Of a stretch of 64,000 nucleotides of DNA, positions 13,120 through 26,897 are shown piece by piece (position 1 is the first letter of the stretch; the number at the start of each line of letters is the position of its first letter). The position numbers and the translations under genes were made by a program. The notes beneath the pieces were generated by a model, which did no database searches, had not been told where the DNA came from, and saw nothing but the letters and a program-made list of their open reading frames with translations. Source of the stretch: Felis catus. Taxonomy: Eukaryota. The DNA is taken from positions 5,334,001 to 5,398,000 of the forward strand of contig NC_058383.1 of the NCBI RefSeq assembly GCF_018350175.1. Direction: 5' to 3'.

Positions 13120-15210
13120 CTTTTCATTTCTTAATTGAAACCATCTGTCATCACACAACACTATTGCAATACCACTGACGGTATTCCCTATGCCGTACCC
13201 TTTATTCCCCAGGACTTACTCCACAACTGGAAGCCTACCTCTCCCTCTCCCCCTCGCCCATTTGGCCGATCCCCCCACCCTCTTCTGCTCTGGCATCCAT
13301 CAGCTCTCTGTATTTATGGGTCTGTTTTTGCATTTTGTTTGTTTTTTAGATTCCACATATAAGTGCAATTGTATATTTGTCTTTCTCTGACTTATTTCAT
13401 GTATAATCCTCTCTAGCTCCATCCATATTGTTGCAAAAAGCAAGATCTCATTCTCTTTTGTAGCCGAGTAATATTCCAGTGCCTATATATACACCACATC
13501 TTCTTTCTCCATTCATCCATGGACGTACACTTGGGCTGCTTCCAAATCTTGGCTCTTATACACGATGCCGCCATACACAGGGGTGCATTTATGTTTTTGA
13601 ATTCGTGTTTTCATTTTCTTTGGGCAAATACCCGGTGGGGGGGGGATTACTGGATCATATGGTTTTTTTATTTTCAATTTTTTGAGGTACCTTCATATGG
13701 TTTTCCAGAGTGGCTATACCAATTTACATTCCCACCAACAGTGCGTGAGCGTTCCTTTCTCTCCACGTCCTCGCCAACACTTACTTCTTGCCTTTTTAAG
13801 TCTAGCCCTTCTAACAGGTGTGAGGTCATATCTCATTATGGTTTTGATTCGCATTTCCCTCATGGCGAGTGATGTTGAGCATCTATTGATGTGTCTCTTG
13901 GCTTCCTGTGTATCTTCTTTGGAAAAAATGTGTATTCGTGTCCCCTGCCCATTTTTTAATTGGATCATTTGTATCTTGGTGTTGAGTTGTATAAGTCTTT
14001 TATATATTTTATGCATTAACCCCTTATTGGACATATCCTTTGCAAATATCTTCTATTCAAGAGGTTGCCTTGTTTTGTTGGTGGTTTCCTTTGCTATGCA
14101 AAACCTTTCACGTGGATGTAGTCCCAATAATTTATTTCTGTTTCTGTTTTCCTTGCTGAGGAATCATATCTAGAAAAATGTTGTTACAGCTGATGTCAGA
14201 GAAATTACTGCCTGTGTTTTACTCTAGGAGTTTTATGCTTTCTGGTCTCACAGTTAGATCTTTAATCCATTAAAAAAATTTTTTTTAATGTTTGTTTACT
14301 TTTGAGAGAGAGAGACACAGAGTGTGAGCGGGGGAGGGGTAGAGAGAAAGGGAGACACAGAAACCCAAGCAGGCTCCAGGCTCTGAGCTGTCAGCACAGA
14401 GCCTGACGTGGGGCTTGAACTCACCATCCTCAAGATGATGACCTGAGCTGAAGTCGGATGCTTAAATGACTGAGCCACCCGGGTGCCCCAGATTTGTAAT
14501 CCATTTTGAGTCTTGTTTTGTACATGGTATGAGAAAGTGGTCTCAATTCACTCTTTGGCATGTATCTGTCCAGTTTTCCCACCACCATCTACTGAGAGGC
14601 TGTCTTTCCCCCTTTGTGTATTCTTGCCTCCTTTGTTGTAGATTAACTGACCATGGAAGTGTGGCTTTAATGGACTGTCTGTTCTGTTCCATAGACCTAT
14701 ATGTCTATTCTTCTCCCAGCACCATACTCTTTCGATAACTACAGCTTTGTAGTAGATCTTGAAATCCGGGATTGTGATGCCTCCAGCTTTATTTCTGTGC
14801 TTCAAGATGGCTATTCAGGGGCTTTTGTGGTTCCATACAAATCTTAGTGTTATTTGTTCTAGTCCTGTGAAAAATGCTGTTGGCATTCTGATAGGGATTT
14901 CGTTGAATCTGTAGATTGCTTTGGGTAGGATGGACATCTTAACAATATTAATTCTTAATCCACGAGCATGGAATAGCGTTTCATTCGTGTTGCCTTCAGT
15001 TTCGTCTGTGTTTTATAGTGTTCAGAGTGTAGGTCAGGTCTTTCACCACCTGGGTTAAATTTGTTCCTAGGTATTTTATTGTTTTTGATGCAATCGTAAG
15101 TGGAATTGTTTTCTTAATTTCTCTCTTATTTTATTAGTGTATTTCTGTATTCCATGTATTCTGTATTCCATGTATTTCTGTATTCTATTAATGTATAGAA
15201 GTGCAACCGA
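13120..15210 (-). mobile_element. LINE-1 3' fragment (ORF2 C-terminus plus 3'UTR)
   Basis: Minus-strand ORFs with L1 ORF2 C-terminal peptides ([40 protein letters not shown]); interrupted by a SINE at ~14278-14489. Confidence 0.9.
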
Positions 15211-15940
15211 GGGGCGCCTGGATGGTTCAGTTGGTTAAGTGTCTGATTTTTGGTTTTGGCTCAGGTCGTGATCCCAGGGTCATAGGATTGAGCTCTCTGC
15301 ACTGAGCATGGAGCCTGCTTCGGATTCTCTCTCCCTCTCTCTCTGCCCCTCCCCTGCTCGCATTCTCTCTCTCTGTCTCTCTCTCTCTCTGTCTCTCTCT
15401 CTCTCTCAAAATAAACAAACTTAAAAAGATTTTTAAAAATTATCATCATAAAAGACACATAACGTAGAACTTCCTATTTTAACCATTTTAAGCGTACAAT
15501 TCAGGGGCACTAAGTACCCTCATCCTGTTGTACAACCATCACCACTATCAATTTCCAGAACTTTTTCATCATCCCAGACCGAAACTGCCCAGAATAAACC
15601 CTCACCTTCCATCTCTGCCCCTTCTCACTATTTCCTCCTGGCTGTTGGCTCTCCCTACAAGCTCTTCTCCACACAGTGGCCATCCAGATGCTCTTTTTAT
15701 GACATAAATCTGACCGTGGCCAGCTCCCCTCTTAGAACCTTCTCCTGATTCCTCCTAGAGGAACCCCACCCTCCACCCCAGCGTCTGTCTCCTCTCCTCT
15801 TCTCTTTCTCTCTCCTTCCTGTTCTCCAGCTGGGCTGCCCTCCTTTCTGTTGGCTGAACTTGAGCTGTTGGCTCCTTCGTGCCACAGGGCCTTTGCACTT
15901 GCTGTACCCTCTTCCCAACATCCTCTTCCCAGAGTTCTTC

Positions 15941-16168
15941 TTTTTTTTTTTTTTAATTTTTTTTTCAACGTTTATTTATTTTTGGGACAGAGAGAGACAG
16001 AGCATGAACAGGGGAGGGGCAGAGAGAGAGGGAGATACAGAATCGGAAGCAGGCTCCAGGCTCTGAGCCATCAGCCCAGAGCCTGACGCGGGGCTCGAGC
16101 TCACGGACCGCGAGATCGTGACCTGGCTGAAGTCGGACGCTTAACCGACTGCGCCACCCAGGCGCCCC
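15941..16168 (-). mobile_element. Young felid SINE
   Basis: TSD ccagagttcttctt on both sides; near-consensus body. Confidence 0.92.
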
Positions 16169-16544
16169 CCAGAGTTCTTCTTAAGGCTGTTTGTTTTATG
16201 ACCTGCACATCTCACTACAACTTCTGTGTCCTTCAAGAAGCCATGACCGCCTGTACACAGCAGCTGCCTCCTTATTCTCAGCCTCATTCCCCCATCATGT
16301 CTGTCATAAAAATTGTACATGATCTGGAATCCTCTTGTTTGTTTGTTTCCTCTTTGCTGCCTGTCTCTCCGCAGTCAAGTAGGGTCACCCGAGGGCAGGA
16401 ACTTTCCAGTCTTGTTCACAGTGGCCTTCGGGGAACATATGTTGAATGAACGAATGTGAAATATTGTTTGTACTTCTTCATTGATGTTAATTATGACTTT
16501 AACCCACCATCGCTTGTGGTTGCTCACACCACTCATTACCTTGA

Positions 16545-16679
<135 letters not shown>

Positions 16680-17606
16680 TGAGAATATTCTGGGAGAGTC
16701 TGAGATTTGTATCTCCAGAAAAGTCTGTTGAGTCTTCAAAAGAAATTGGAAGTACTTACTGCTGATTTGACTTTGAACCCAGTTACCTATTTTAAGGTAA
16801 AACCATGGATCCACACCTCAGAAGTCATCATTTTAGATTGTTTTCTTTTCCTGATTTTTAATAAATGTTTATGTTAGAGAGAGAGAGACAGAGCATGAGC
16901 AGGGGAGGGGCAGAGAGAGAGGGAGACACAGAATCCGAAGCAGGGTCCAGGCTCTGAGCTGTCAGCACAGAGCCCAATGTGGGGCTCGAACTCGTGAACC
17001 ACGAGATCATGACCTCAGCCGAAGTCGGATGCTTAACCGACGGCGCCCCCCTTTTCCTGATTTTCATTTATTGTCCAAACAACTTGAAGGCGACTGGAGC
17101 AAATATCAAAGAGTAAAATCCCAGTGTTGTCACCCCTTTGCCATTAAATGTTTTGGACACGCCGCGTCCCTTTAATTCCTCAAATGGATGTGTCAGCATT
17201 TATAGGGCCTACTGATTTCGCAGATAACATCTTGAAACTTTTTTCACTTATGAATAATTTGCTGCCTTGCTGCATGCTTTTCGTAACTTAAATATTTTGT
17301 GGCAAAATATACATAAAACCTACCATTGTAACCATTTTTGAGTGAACAGTCGGGGGCATTAAGCACAGGACCCTCCCCAGCCTCCACCTCCAGAAACCTT
17401 CATCCTCCCAAACCGAGACTCTGGCCCCAGTTAAACACCAGCCACCCCCGTGTCTTCCTCCGTAATATTTAAAATACTGCACAGCTCTCTGATTTACTGT
17501 TCATGACTACACCATAATTATTAGATCACTTTTGAAGTGTTTTCATTTTTTTCCCCATCATTAGCAATGGCACAGTAGATCATTCAGATTATCAAAGAAA
17601 CGTGTG

Positions 17607-18548
17607 CTTTTTTAAAAAAATATAATTTACCAGGGCACCTGGGTGGCTCAGTCAGTTAAGCATCCGACTTCAGCTCAGGTCATGATCTCGCCGTCCGTGA
17701 GTTCAAGCCCCGCATCGGGTTCTGTGCTGACAGCTCGGAGCCTGGAGCCTGCTTCGGGTTCTGTGTCTCCCTCTCTCTGACCCTCCCCTGTTCATGCTCT
17801 TTCTCTGTCTCAAAAATAAATAAAAATTTAATTAAAAAAATAAATAAAAATAAAAAATATAATTTATTGGGGCGCCTGGGTGGCGCAGTTGGTTAAGCGT
17901 CCGACTTCAGCCAGGTCACGATCTCGCGGTCCGTGAGTTCGAGCCCCGCGTCGGGCTCTGGGCTGATGGCTCAGAGCCTGGAGCCTGTTTCCGATTCTGT
18001 GTCTCCCTCTCTCTCTGCCCCTCCCCCGTTCATGCTCTGTCTCTCTCTGTCCCAAAAATAAATAAACGTTGAAAAAAAAATTTAAAAAAATATATAATTT
18101 ATTGTCAAATTGGCTTCCATACAACACCCAGTGCTCATCCCAACAGGTGCCCTCCTCCATGCCCATCACTCACTTTCCCCTCTCCCCCCCACTCCCCCAT
18201 CAGCCCTCAGTTCTCTGTATTTAAGAGTCTCTTAGGGTTTGCCTCTCTCCCTCTCTGTAACTATTTTTCCCCTCCCCCGTCCCATGTTCTTCCGTTAAGT
18301 TTCTCAAGTTCCGCATATGAGTGAACACATAAGGTATCTGTCCTTCTCTGACCTATTTCGCTCAGCATGATACCTTCCAGTTCCATCCAGGTTGCTGCAA
18401 ATGGCAGGATTTCGTTCTTTCTCGTTGCCAAGTAGTATTCCATTGTATCTATAAACCACATCTTCTTTATCCATTCATCAGTCGATGGACTTTTAGGCTC
18501 TTTCCGTAATTTGGCTATTGTTGAAAGCGCTGCTATAAACATTGGGGT
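17607..18548 (-). mobile_element. 5'-truncated carnivore/felid L1 with two SINEs in its tail
   Basis: L1 3'-end peptide PMFIAALSTIAKLRKEPKSPSTDEWIKKMW on the minus strand; TSD agaaacgtgtg at 17596-17606 and 18549-18559. Confidence 0.85.
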
Positions 18549-19832
18549 AGAAACGTGTGTTTTCAATAAGAACAAATTTTTGTGGTTGGGGTCAGAAAGC
18601 ATGGGTTTCAGTCCCCTGATTTTTCCCCCCACTAAACATACAACATGTTCTTATTCCTGCATCATGTAAACTCTTAAAAATGCCATTAGCGTGGCTGAAT
18701 AATAGTCATGAGTGTGGCCGTCCCGTCTGGCCTCGGCCAGTTTTGGAATCGGCTGTTGCGTTCATGCTGATCAGTCTCCTTTCACCAATCGGGGCGCTAA
18801 GTGCACTGCTGTGTGAATAGGACTGAGTGTGGAGGCTGCTTGAGAGCCTCTCTCTTCCCCCACCCCCTGCCTGCCTCTCTCCCCTGCCCGGTGCTCACTC
18901 TAAAATAAAAAAAAATTAAAAAATCAACCAGCGACACCCAGTTCTCGATTACACAAGATCGACCCCTCCCAGGCTGCTGAGGACACAGTATCGGCTCCCA
19001 CTACCCCAGAGGGTCTTGTCTCCGGTGGCCTTCGGTCCACAGTGACCCGGTAGCTCCAGCCTGGCCCAGTGGTCTTGCCTTAACTGTTGATGTGGGGGCA
19101 AATACCCCTCCATTTCTGAGATCTCCTCCCCACCACTGTCTGCTGCTTTCTGGGTAAACTTTCCGTATTTTCCTCAGACTCAAATTATTTTGATTAAAAA
19201 TAATCATCTGTTGGGGCTCCTGGGTGGCTCAGTCAGTTAAGCATCTGACTTTGGCTCAGGTCATGATCTCCCGGTTCATGAGTTCAAGCCCTGAGTCAGG
19301 CTCTGTGCTGACAGCTTGGAGCCTGGAGGCTGCTTCGGATTCTGTGTCTCCCTCTCTCTCTGCCCCTCTCCCACTTGTGCTCTGTCTCTGTCTCTGTCTG
19401 TCTCTCTCTCTCAAAAGTGAATAAATGTTAAAAAAAAATTTGTTTTAAATAATCATCATTCGGCTCTCCTTTAAATTGCGAGAGCGGCAGACCCAGCAGA
19501 ATGACTCTACTGTGGCCCCAGGCCCCGAGTCAGACCGTGGGTATGTCACATGTTTAGATCACAATCCCCTAAAGATAGACAATAAAGCCAAACATTTCAT
19601 GGAACATTTGCCCTTACCACGTAGACACAGCATGATCTTTTCTAGTGTAGTTTGTTAATTAAAGCGCCAGTTGTTGCGACCGTAATTGATTCCATAATAC
19701 AAACAACAGCCGGCCTGCGGCTGGAAAGCCCCTGGTTGCCCCGTGGTTTTCCTCAATGCCAGCCTGTCTCCTGTGAGCCCAGGCTAACCTGGACGCCTAA
19801 CAAAATGTGTCTTCTTGCCAGTGAGTTAGGGC

Positions 19833-20005
19833 CGTGGTTCCCGAGTGCGGTCCTGGGGACCAGCAGCATTACCTGGGTATTTTTTTTTTTTCAAAATGCT
19901 CATTCTTGGGCAACAGCCCAGACCTGCTGATGAATTAGAATCTCCAGGGTGGGCCCAGCAATCCCCAGGTGATTTCTGAAGCATGCAAGAGTCTGAGAAC
20001 CACTG
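19833..20005. mobile_element. MER5A-like hAT-Charlie DNA transposon fossil
   Basis: gtggttcccgagtgcggtcc...accagcagcattacctggg...agaatctccagggtgggccc...tgagaaccactg. Confidence 0.7.
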
Positions 20006-20831
20006 AATTAGGGCACTGTTACATATTCCCCCTTCGCCCACTGACTCTAACAAGGTGATTCTAAGGAACAACTAGGAGTACTCTTTTTTTTCTGAGTTTA
20101 TTATATACTTACTTTGAGAGACACAGAGAGAGAGAGAGTATGCACAAGCTGGGGAGGGGCAGAGAGAGAGAATCCCAAGCAGGTTCCGTGCTATCAGCAC
20201 AGAGCCAGACGTGGGACTCGATCCCACTATCCGTGAGATCATGATCTGAGCTGAGATCTAGAGTCAGACGCTTAATGACTGAGCCCCCCAGGCGGCCCAA
20301 ACTGAGAGTACTTTTCAGCCTCGTTTTCCCTGATTACATTTAGGCATTCAGGCGTGCGAAGTTTTCGGTGACTAGTTCCTATGTGTTAACAACAGACACT
20401 AAATATAAGTGGACCCTCCTGACAACTGTATATTGTCTACATAGAGGAATATTCAGGGGGCACGGGCGCACCCATACGGATAAGTCCCAGTAAGTGGAAA
20501 ACAGACGAGCGTGAAATTTACAAATGGGGTACTTTCTAACATCCAGATAACGGTTTTAACCAGGTCTACCTAGTTTAAATAATTTTTTTTTAATTTTTTA
20601 ACGTTTATTTATTTTTGAGACAGAGAGAGACAGAGCATGAACAGGGGAGGGTCAGAGAGAGAGAGGGAGACACAGAATCTGAAACAGGCCTCGGGCTCTG
20701 AGCTGTCAGCACAGAGCCCGACGCGGGGCTCGAACTCACAAACCGCAAGACCACGACCTGAGCCGAAGTCGGCCACCCAACCGACTGAGCCACCCAGGCG
20801 CCCCGTTTAAATAATTTTAAAAAAATCCTTA

Positions 20832-21056
20832 GGGGCGCCTGGGTGGCGCAGTCGGTTAGGCGTCCGACTTCAGCCAGGTCACGATCTCACAGTCTGGGAG
20901 TTCGAGCCCCGCATCGGGCTCTGGGCTGATGGCTCGGAGCCTGGAGCCTGTTTCCGATTCTGTGTCTCCCTCTCTCTCTGCCCCTCCCCTGTTCATGCTC
21001 TGTCTCTCTCTGTCCCAAAAATAAATAAACGTTGAAAAAAAAAATTTAAAAAAAAA
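20832..21056 (+). mobile_element. Young felid SINE, head-to-head with minus-strand SINE 20583-20804
   Basis: TSD aaaaaaatcctta; the neighbouring SINE has TSD gtttaaataatttt. Confidence 0.92.
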
Positions 21057-21458
21057 TCCTTAAACTTTGAAATGCAAAACCAAAAGCATATGAATTATTT
21101 TAGACTGTGGAATTTTTACCTAGCTTAATTAGGAGAGGAAGACACAGACTGAACTTAAAACTCACGTTTAAGTGTCACACAGGACTGCTTGGTGTAGGTT
21201 TTGGGGAATTTGGATAAGCGTATTCATGCAGATGGAAGTGGGATGGGGCGCCTGGGTGGCTCAGTCGGTTAAACATCCGACTTCGGCTCAGGCTGTGATC
21301 TCATGGTTTATGAGTTTGAGCCCCACATCAGGCTCTGTGCTGACAGCTCGGAGCCTGGAGCCTGATTCGGATTCTGTGTCTCCCTCTCTTTGTGATCCTC
21401 CCCCCTCAAAAATGAATAAACAGTTTAAAAAATTAAAAAAAAAAAGAAAGTGGGATAA

Positions 21459-21638
<180 letters not shown>

Positions 21639-23341
21639 TAATTAACACAATGTAACGGTCAGCTTCCCACAATCAAACATACTACTGTCACAAGAGTAAT
21701 TCAGCTCACGGGTCTAAAAAAGTCCACAGAACCCAGGCGCCTGGGCGACTCAGTAGCTTAAGCATCTGACTCTTGATTTCAGCTCAGGTCACGATCTCGC
21801 GGTTCGTGAGATTGAGCCCTGAGTTGGGCTCTGCGCTGACAGCTCAGAGCCTCCTTGAGATTCTGTCTCTCCCTCTCTCTCTGCCCCTCCCCTACTCTCT
21901 CTCTCAAAATAAAAAAATAAACTTAAAAAAAAAGACCCCAGAACCAAAGAATACAGGTGAAAAGTAACTTGTTAACTGCACGGGACCCTCCGGCAATCAG
22001 TACTGCGTTCATCCTTACACTCTAGATGTCTCCTGGGCGGGCACAGCACCCGTGCATTTATTTGGCCTGTCTTACTCTTCACAAACACAAGTAGAGTTTA
22101 TTGTACACTCTCGTCTGTCCCTTTAGTTTTTGGAGATCACACCATAGCCGTTCGTCCAGATCCACCTAGTTTTACTGGCTGCTTTTATTCTATGATGTGG
22201 GTTTCACTTAACCCATCTTGCCGGTTTAAAGGGAATATGTATTTTTTAAATAGATTGCTAGAAGGCTGTTCTCAAACTCGCAATTGCAGGGTTGCTAGTG
22301 ATGGGGTTTATAAGTGGTAGTGATGACCTTTAAAACCTATGCACATATGCTCATATTCAAATAGCAGCCAGGTGAGGGAAGCAGAGACAAGTGCCGGCCA
22401 GGTGGGCAGTTCACTGGGCCTGAGAGCGGGAGACAAGCCACAGAGGTGGAGGGGCCCCTGAAGATCTGGTGGTTTGGGGCCGGCCTTTCCAGGGACATTC
22501 TTCCCCTGCGACACCCTGGCTTCTAGCCTGTGGCCCTTGGTTTATGGTCTCTGGAAGTTCGAAGGCGGGACTCCTAGGAGGCACAGACCCTCCCACGCCA
22601 GCCTAGACAGGAGGGTTTATGGGTGGGATTTGGGCTGTCACAGAAGTATCTTCAGGGAGGTCACCTGGCCTCATGGGATCTGGCCGGCGATCCGGCCAGG
22701 CTACCCTGTCCTCTTTTCTCCATTGGCTGGCCGCCTCCAGCCAGGCCTCCTTCCTGAGAGAGAATCCAGTGGCTCAAGGCTGTGGTGCATGGAACTGCGT
22801 GCTGCCCACTCAGCTGATGTCCTGGCCCCAAGCAAAGCGGATTCTCTGGAAGTCACCCACAGGGCGGGCGGTTGGCTGGTGTGTCTACAGAATATTTTGA
22901 TGAACCACAGGCAGAAAGAAGGGTTGCCGTGAGTTGATCACTAAGCTGGGCTAATCACCAGAGTCCCCTGGAGAGAACACAGGATCCCAGGGCATTGGGC
23001 CTCCTTCGAGGTGGGTTCCAAGACTCTAAAGTTCCCGAGGCCGGGATCTCAAACCACCACTGTTCCACGTCACCTGTTTGCTTCTTGGAGCCTTCTCTGC
23101 ACTCAGCTATTTTATCCTGCTGGTGCTTCTGCCCAGGAGAGGGGAGGTGAGAGAGGATGGAGTGTGTAGAGAAGGAGGGAGGAGGGTGGAGGCTGGGGGG
23201 AGGGGGGCGGATACTCCACTGTTTCCGTGGAGGAGAGACAGGAATAGTATCCAGTAGTCAAGGAGGCATCTCAGTCTGCCCATAGGAGAGGGGTCTCTCT
23301 ACTGCCTTCTTTCTCTCACTCTCAGGGTCGTTTTGCCCTAG

Positions 23342-23533
<192 letters not shown>

Positions 23534-23609
23534 TGACTCCCGTCCATAGATAGGATGAACAAATAGAGGTGTGGGAGGTAGGGGGCTGTCCTCCAACTAT
23601 GGTCCCTTC

Positions 23610-24215
23610 TTGTTTATTGACGTGAAATCCACATCACACGAAACTCACCATTTCAGAGTCTGCAATTCAGCGGCATTCAGTGCATGCTCAGTGCTGTGAG
23701 ACTACCACCTCTGTCTAGTCCCAGAACATTTTCATCCACCCTCCAAAGTACAGCCCTGCACCCACCAGGCAGTTATTTCCCACCCGGACCCCCCCGGTGG
23801 CCACCATTCTGCTTCCTGGGTAGGGTTTACCTACTCTGGATGTTGCATGTGAATGGAACCCTATGTTATGTGGCCTTTTGGATCTGGCTTTTTTTATTCA
23901 GCATCATGTTTTTGAGATCCATCCATGTTGTAGGTACTTAATTCTTTTTTGTGGCTAATAGTCCACCATATGGATGGACCACATTTTGTTTATCTGTTCA
24001 TCCAGTGATGGGCACTTGGGCTCTCTCCATCTTTTGGCTTCTGTGAATAGCACCACTATGAACGCGTGTGTAAGGATTATTTGGGTCCTTGTGTTCAGTT
24101 CTCTGGCGTACAAACCTAGGAGTGGAATATGGTAACTCAATGTTTAACGCTTTGAGGAACTTCCCGACTGTTTTCCACAGCATCTGGCCCAATTTACATT
24201 CTCACCACTACCACA
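23610..24215 (-). mobile_element. Old LINE-1 (L1MB-like) 3' fragment
   Basis: Minus-strand KRWREPKCPSLDEQINKMW peptide and a typical L1M 3'UTR. Confidence 0.75.
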
Positions 24216-25294
24216 GGTGATACTTTTAAGCAAGGTTGCTGTTTCTGGCACTATTTGCCTTTGTATCGGATGATAAAATACCGCAGCAGTGTTTTCATAA
24301 AATGTTATAAGAAAAGAAACAGTCTACCATTATAATCATCATTCGACTCGAATATAGACAATTCTGTCCATTGGCTTCCCTTCTTTTCCCTTCCCTTGTT
24401 CAGCTCATAGTGGATCAATTCAGGCTGGGGGTGGTGGCAGCTTCTAGACAACGGCCCCTGGATGGCTGCACGAAGGAACAAGCCAGCTTGGTAGTGGAGA
24501 AGAAGATAGAAAAATCACACACTCACACACACAATGAGATAAACCACTGAATAAAGAAGCAACCTGAGGCCATTCAGTGAAGGTCCTCATACGTGCATGG
24601 TGACTAGTACTATTCCTCAGAGGAGTCACTGAAGAAAGGTTACACCATGTTCACTTAAACTTGGAGGCAGTCTTGGGGTGCCTGGGTGGCTCAGCCGGTT
24701 AAGCATCTGACTTTGGCTCAGGTCACGATCTCATGGTTCGTGAGTTTGAGCCCCGCGTTGGGCTCTCTGCTGACAGCTCAGAGCCTGGAGCCTGTTTTGG
24801 ATTCTGTGTCTCCCTCTCTCTCTGCCCCTCCCCTGCTCCTGCTCTCTCTCTGTCTCTCAAAAATAAATAAATGTTAAACTCGGAGGAAGTCAAATAAGGT
24901 GACAAATGGGTAAAACGAAAGTGGTTTAGGTACATAAAAGGGATTGGCCGTCAGTTACACAGAAGGTGCTACTACTCAGTTTAGGTAACAACACAACGGG
25001 ATTGTTCAGGTACTTACTTGACTCACGGTTATCGAATATAATATATATAATATAATGATTAGCCCTAATGTGACGCCTCACTATTAAGGAGTCATTGATT
25101 GGTGGCATCTCTTTCTTACTTAGTGGATACTTCACCATCTTCTTGATTACAAGACAGAAACATATCATGGATTAAATGTCTTGCCTTCATAGGACATTGA
25201 CTTCCACATAGTTCGGACTCCTTTAATTTATCTTTGCCTTTAATAAACATTTGCTGTATGACTTGCTTTGTTAAAATGATATTATTTGTTTTAG

Positions 25295-25380
25295 GGCTCT
25301 ATTTATTACAACCAAGAAGGTACCTCTTGGTACGAGGGGGACTGGGTATACAACATCAAAAACGGCTGGGGGATAAGGTG
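25295..25380 (+). CDS. RSPH10B: RSPH10B coding exon 5 (MORN)
   Basis: gttttag| ... |gtaagt, 86 bp; GSIYYNQEGTSWYEGDWVYNIKNGWGIR(C). Confidence 0.95.
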
Positions 25381-26094
25381 GTAAGTATTACCACGGCCGC
25401 TCTGGGGGGGTGGGGGGAAAGGGTGTGGGGGCCCAAATGATTTTCACTTAGGTGCTTAAAGATAAGGTGCAGAGGGGCACCTGGGTGGCTCAGTTGATTA
25501 AGCGTCCGACTCTTGATTTGGGCTCAGGTCATGATCTCAAGGTTCGTGGGTTCGAGCCTCGTATTGGACTCCATGCTGACAGCACAGAGCCTGCTTGGGA
25601 TTCTCTCTCCCTTTCTCTTCCCCTCCCTGCTTGTTCTCTCTCTTCTCTTTCTCAAAATAAATAAACTTTGAAAAAAAAAGATAAGGTGCAGAAATTTCGG
25701 AGAACACATTTTCTATATAAGCAGGGCGGAATATTTCAATTCACCCCAATGGAATCTCCATAGTGATGAAAATATTCTACAGAAAATTTAAAGGAACATT
25801 ATATTAAGTGAGATCTAATGATACAACCGTACTTTATCACATGTAGAAACTTTGTTCTCTCGTTCATGGATATCTCGTATGTTTTCAGAAGACTCTTGAC
25901 ATGTTTGCTTGATTTTAGATCGAGCTGATGGAGTCATATATTTTAAGGATTGAAATATTTGGGGGTGAGGGGTGCATGGGTGGCTCAGTCAGTTAAGCAT
26001 CTGACTTCATCTCAGGTCATGATCTCATGGTTCATGGGTTCAAGCCCCACATTGGGCTCTGTGCTGACAGCTCAGAGCCAGGAGCCTGCTTCGG

Positions 26095-26148
<54 letters not shown>

Positions 26149-26157
26149 TCTCTCTCT
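26095..26157. repeat. Expanded (CT)n within a SINE
   Basis: Direct read, ~30 units with one interruption. Confidence 0.9.
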
Positions 26158-26723
26158 GCCCCTCTCCTATTTGCACTCTGTTTCTCTGTCTCTCAAAAAT
26201 AATGTTAAAAAACATTTTTTTTTTTAAAAAAAGAGAGCAAAATGTTAACTAACCATACTACTATACGGAGTTGTTTTTAAAAGATTTAAAATCCCTGCTC
26301 TTATCCTCCTTATCACCTTAATTAAATGATCAGAGTATTTAATAAAGTGGGTTGTCTTATCCCTAAGATGATGATTTTTACCGCCTGTCCATTTGAGGAG
26401 ACTGTATGGGCACAAGGGTTGGATTTCTTCAAAGGTGTTTAGAGAAAAAGCTTAAAGGGCAGTCTTCTTAGGGACGCCTGGGTGGCTCAGTTGGTTTAGC
26501 ATCAGACTTCGGCTCAGGTCATGATCTCGAGGTTCATGAATTTGAGCCCGATGTCGGGCTCTGTGCTGACAGCTCGGAGCCTGGAGCCTGCCTCGGATTC
26601 TGTGTCTCCCTCTCTCTCTGCCCCTCCCCTGCTTGAGCTCTGTCTCTTTCTGTTTCAGAAAAATAGGTAAACATTTTAAAAAATGTAAAAGAAAGTCTTC
26701 CTAAAGATAAGTGTTGTATATAA

Positions 26724-26897
<174 letters not shown>

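Noticed and set aside
15138..15187. Short tandem repeat (tgtatttctgtattcca)x3; also (atggccctgcc) repeats at ~46426-46452
   Set aside because: Local slippage duplications with no sign of function.
17596..18100. Repeat-spacer-like pattern (repeated aaaaatataattta; also ccattttt at 58140-58830)
   Set aside because: Chained target-site duplications between SINEs; not CRISPR. The context is eukaryotic and there are no cas genes.
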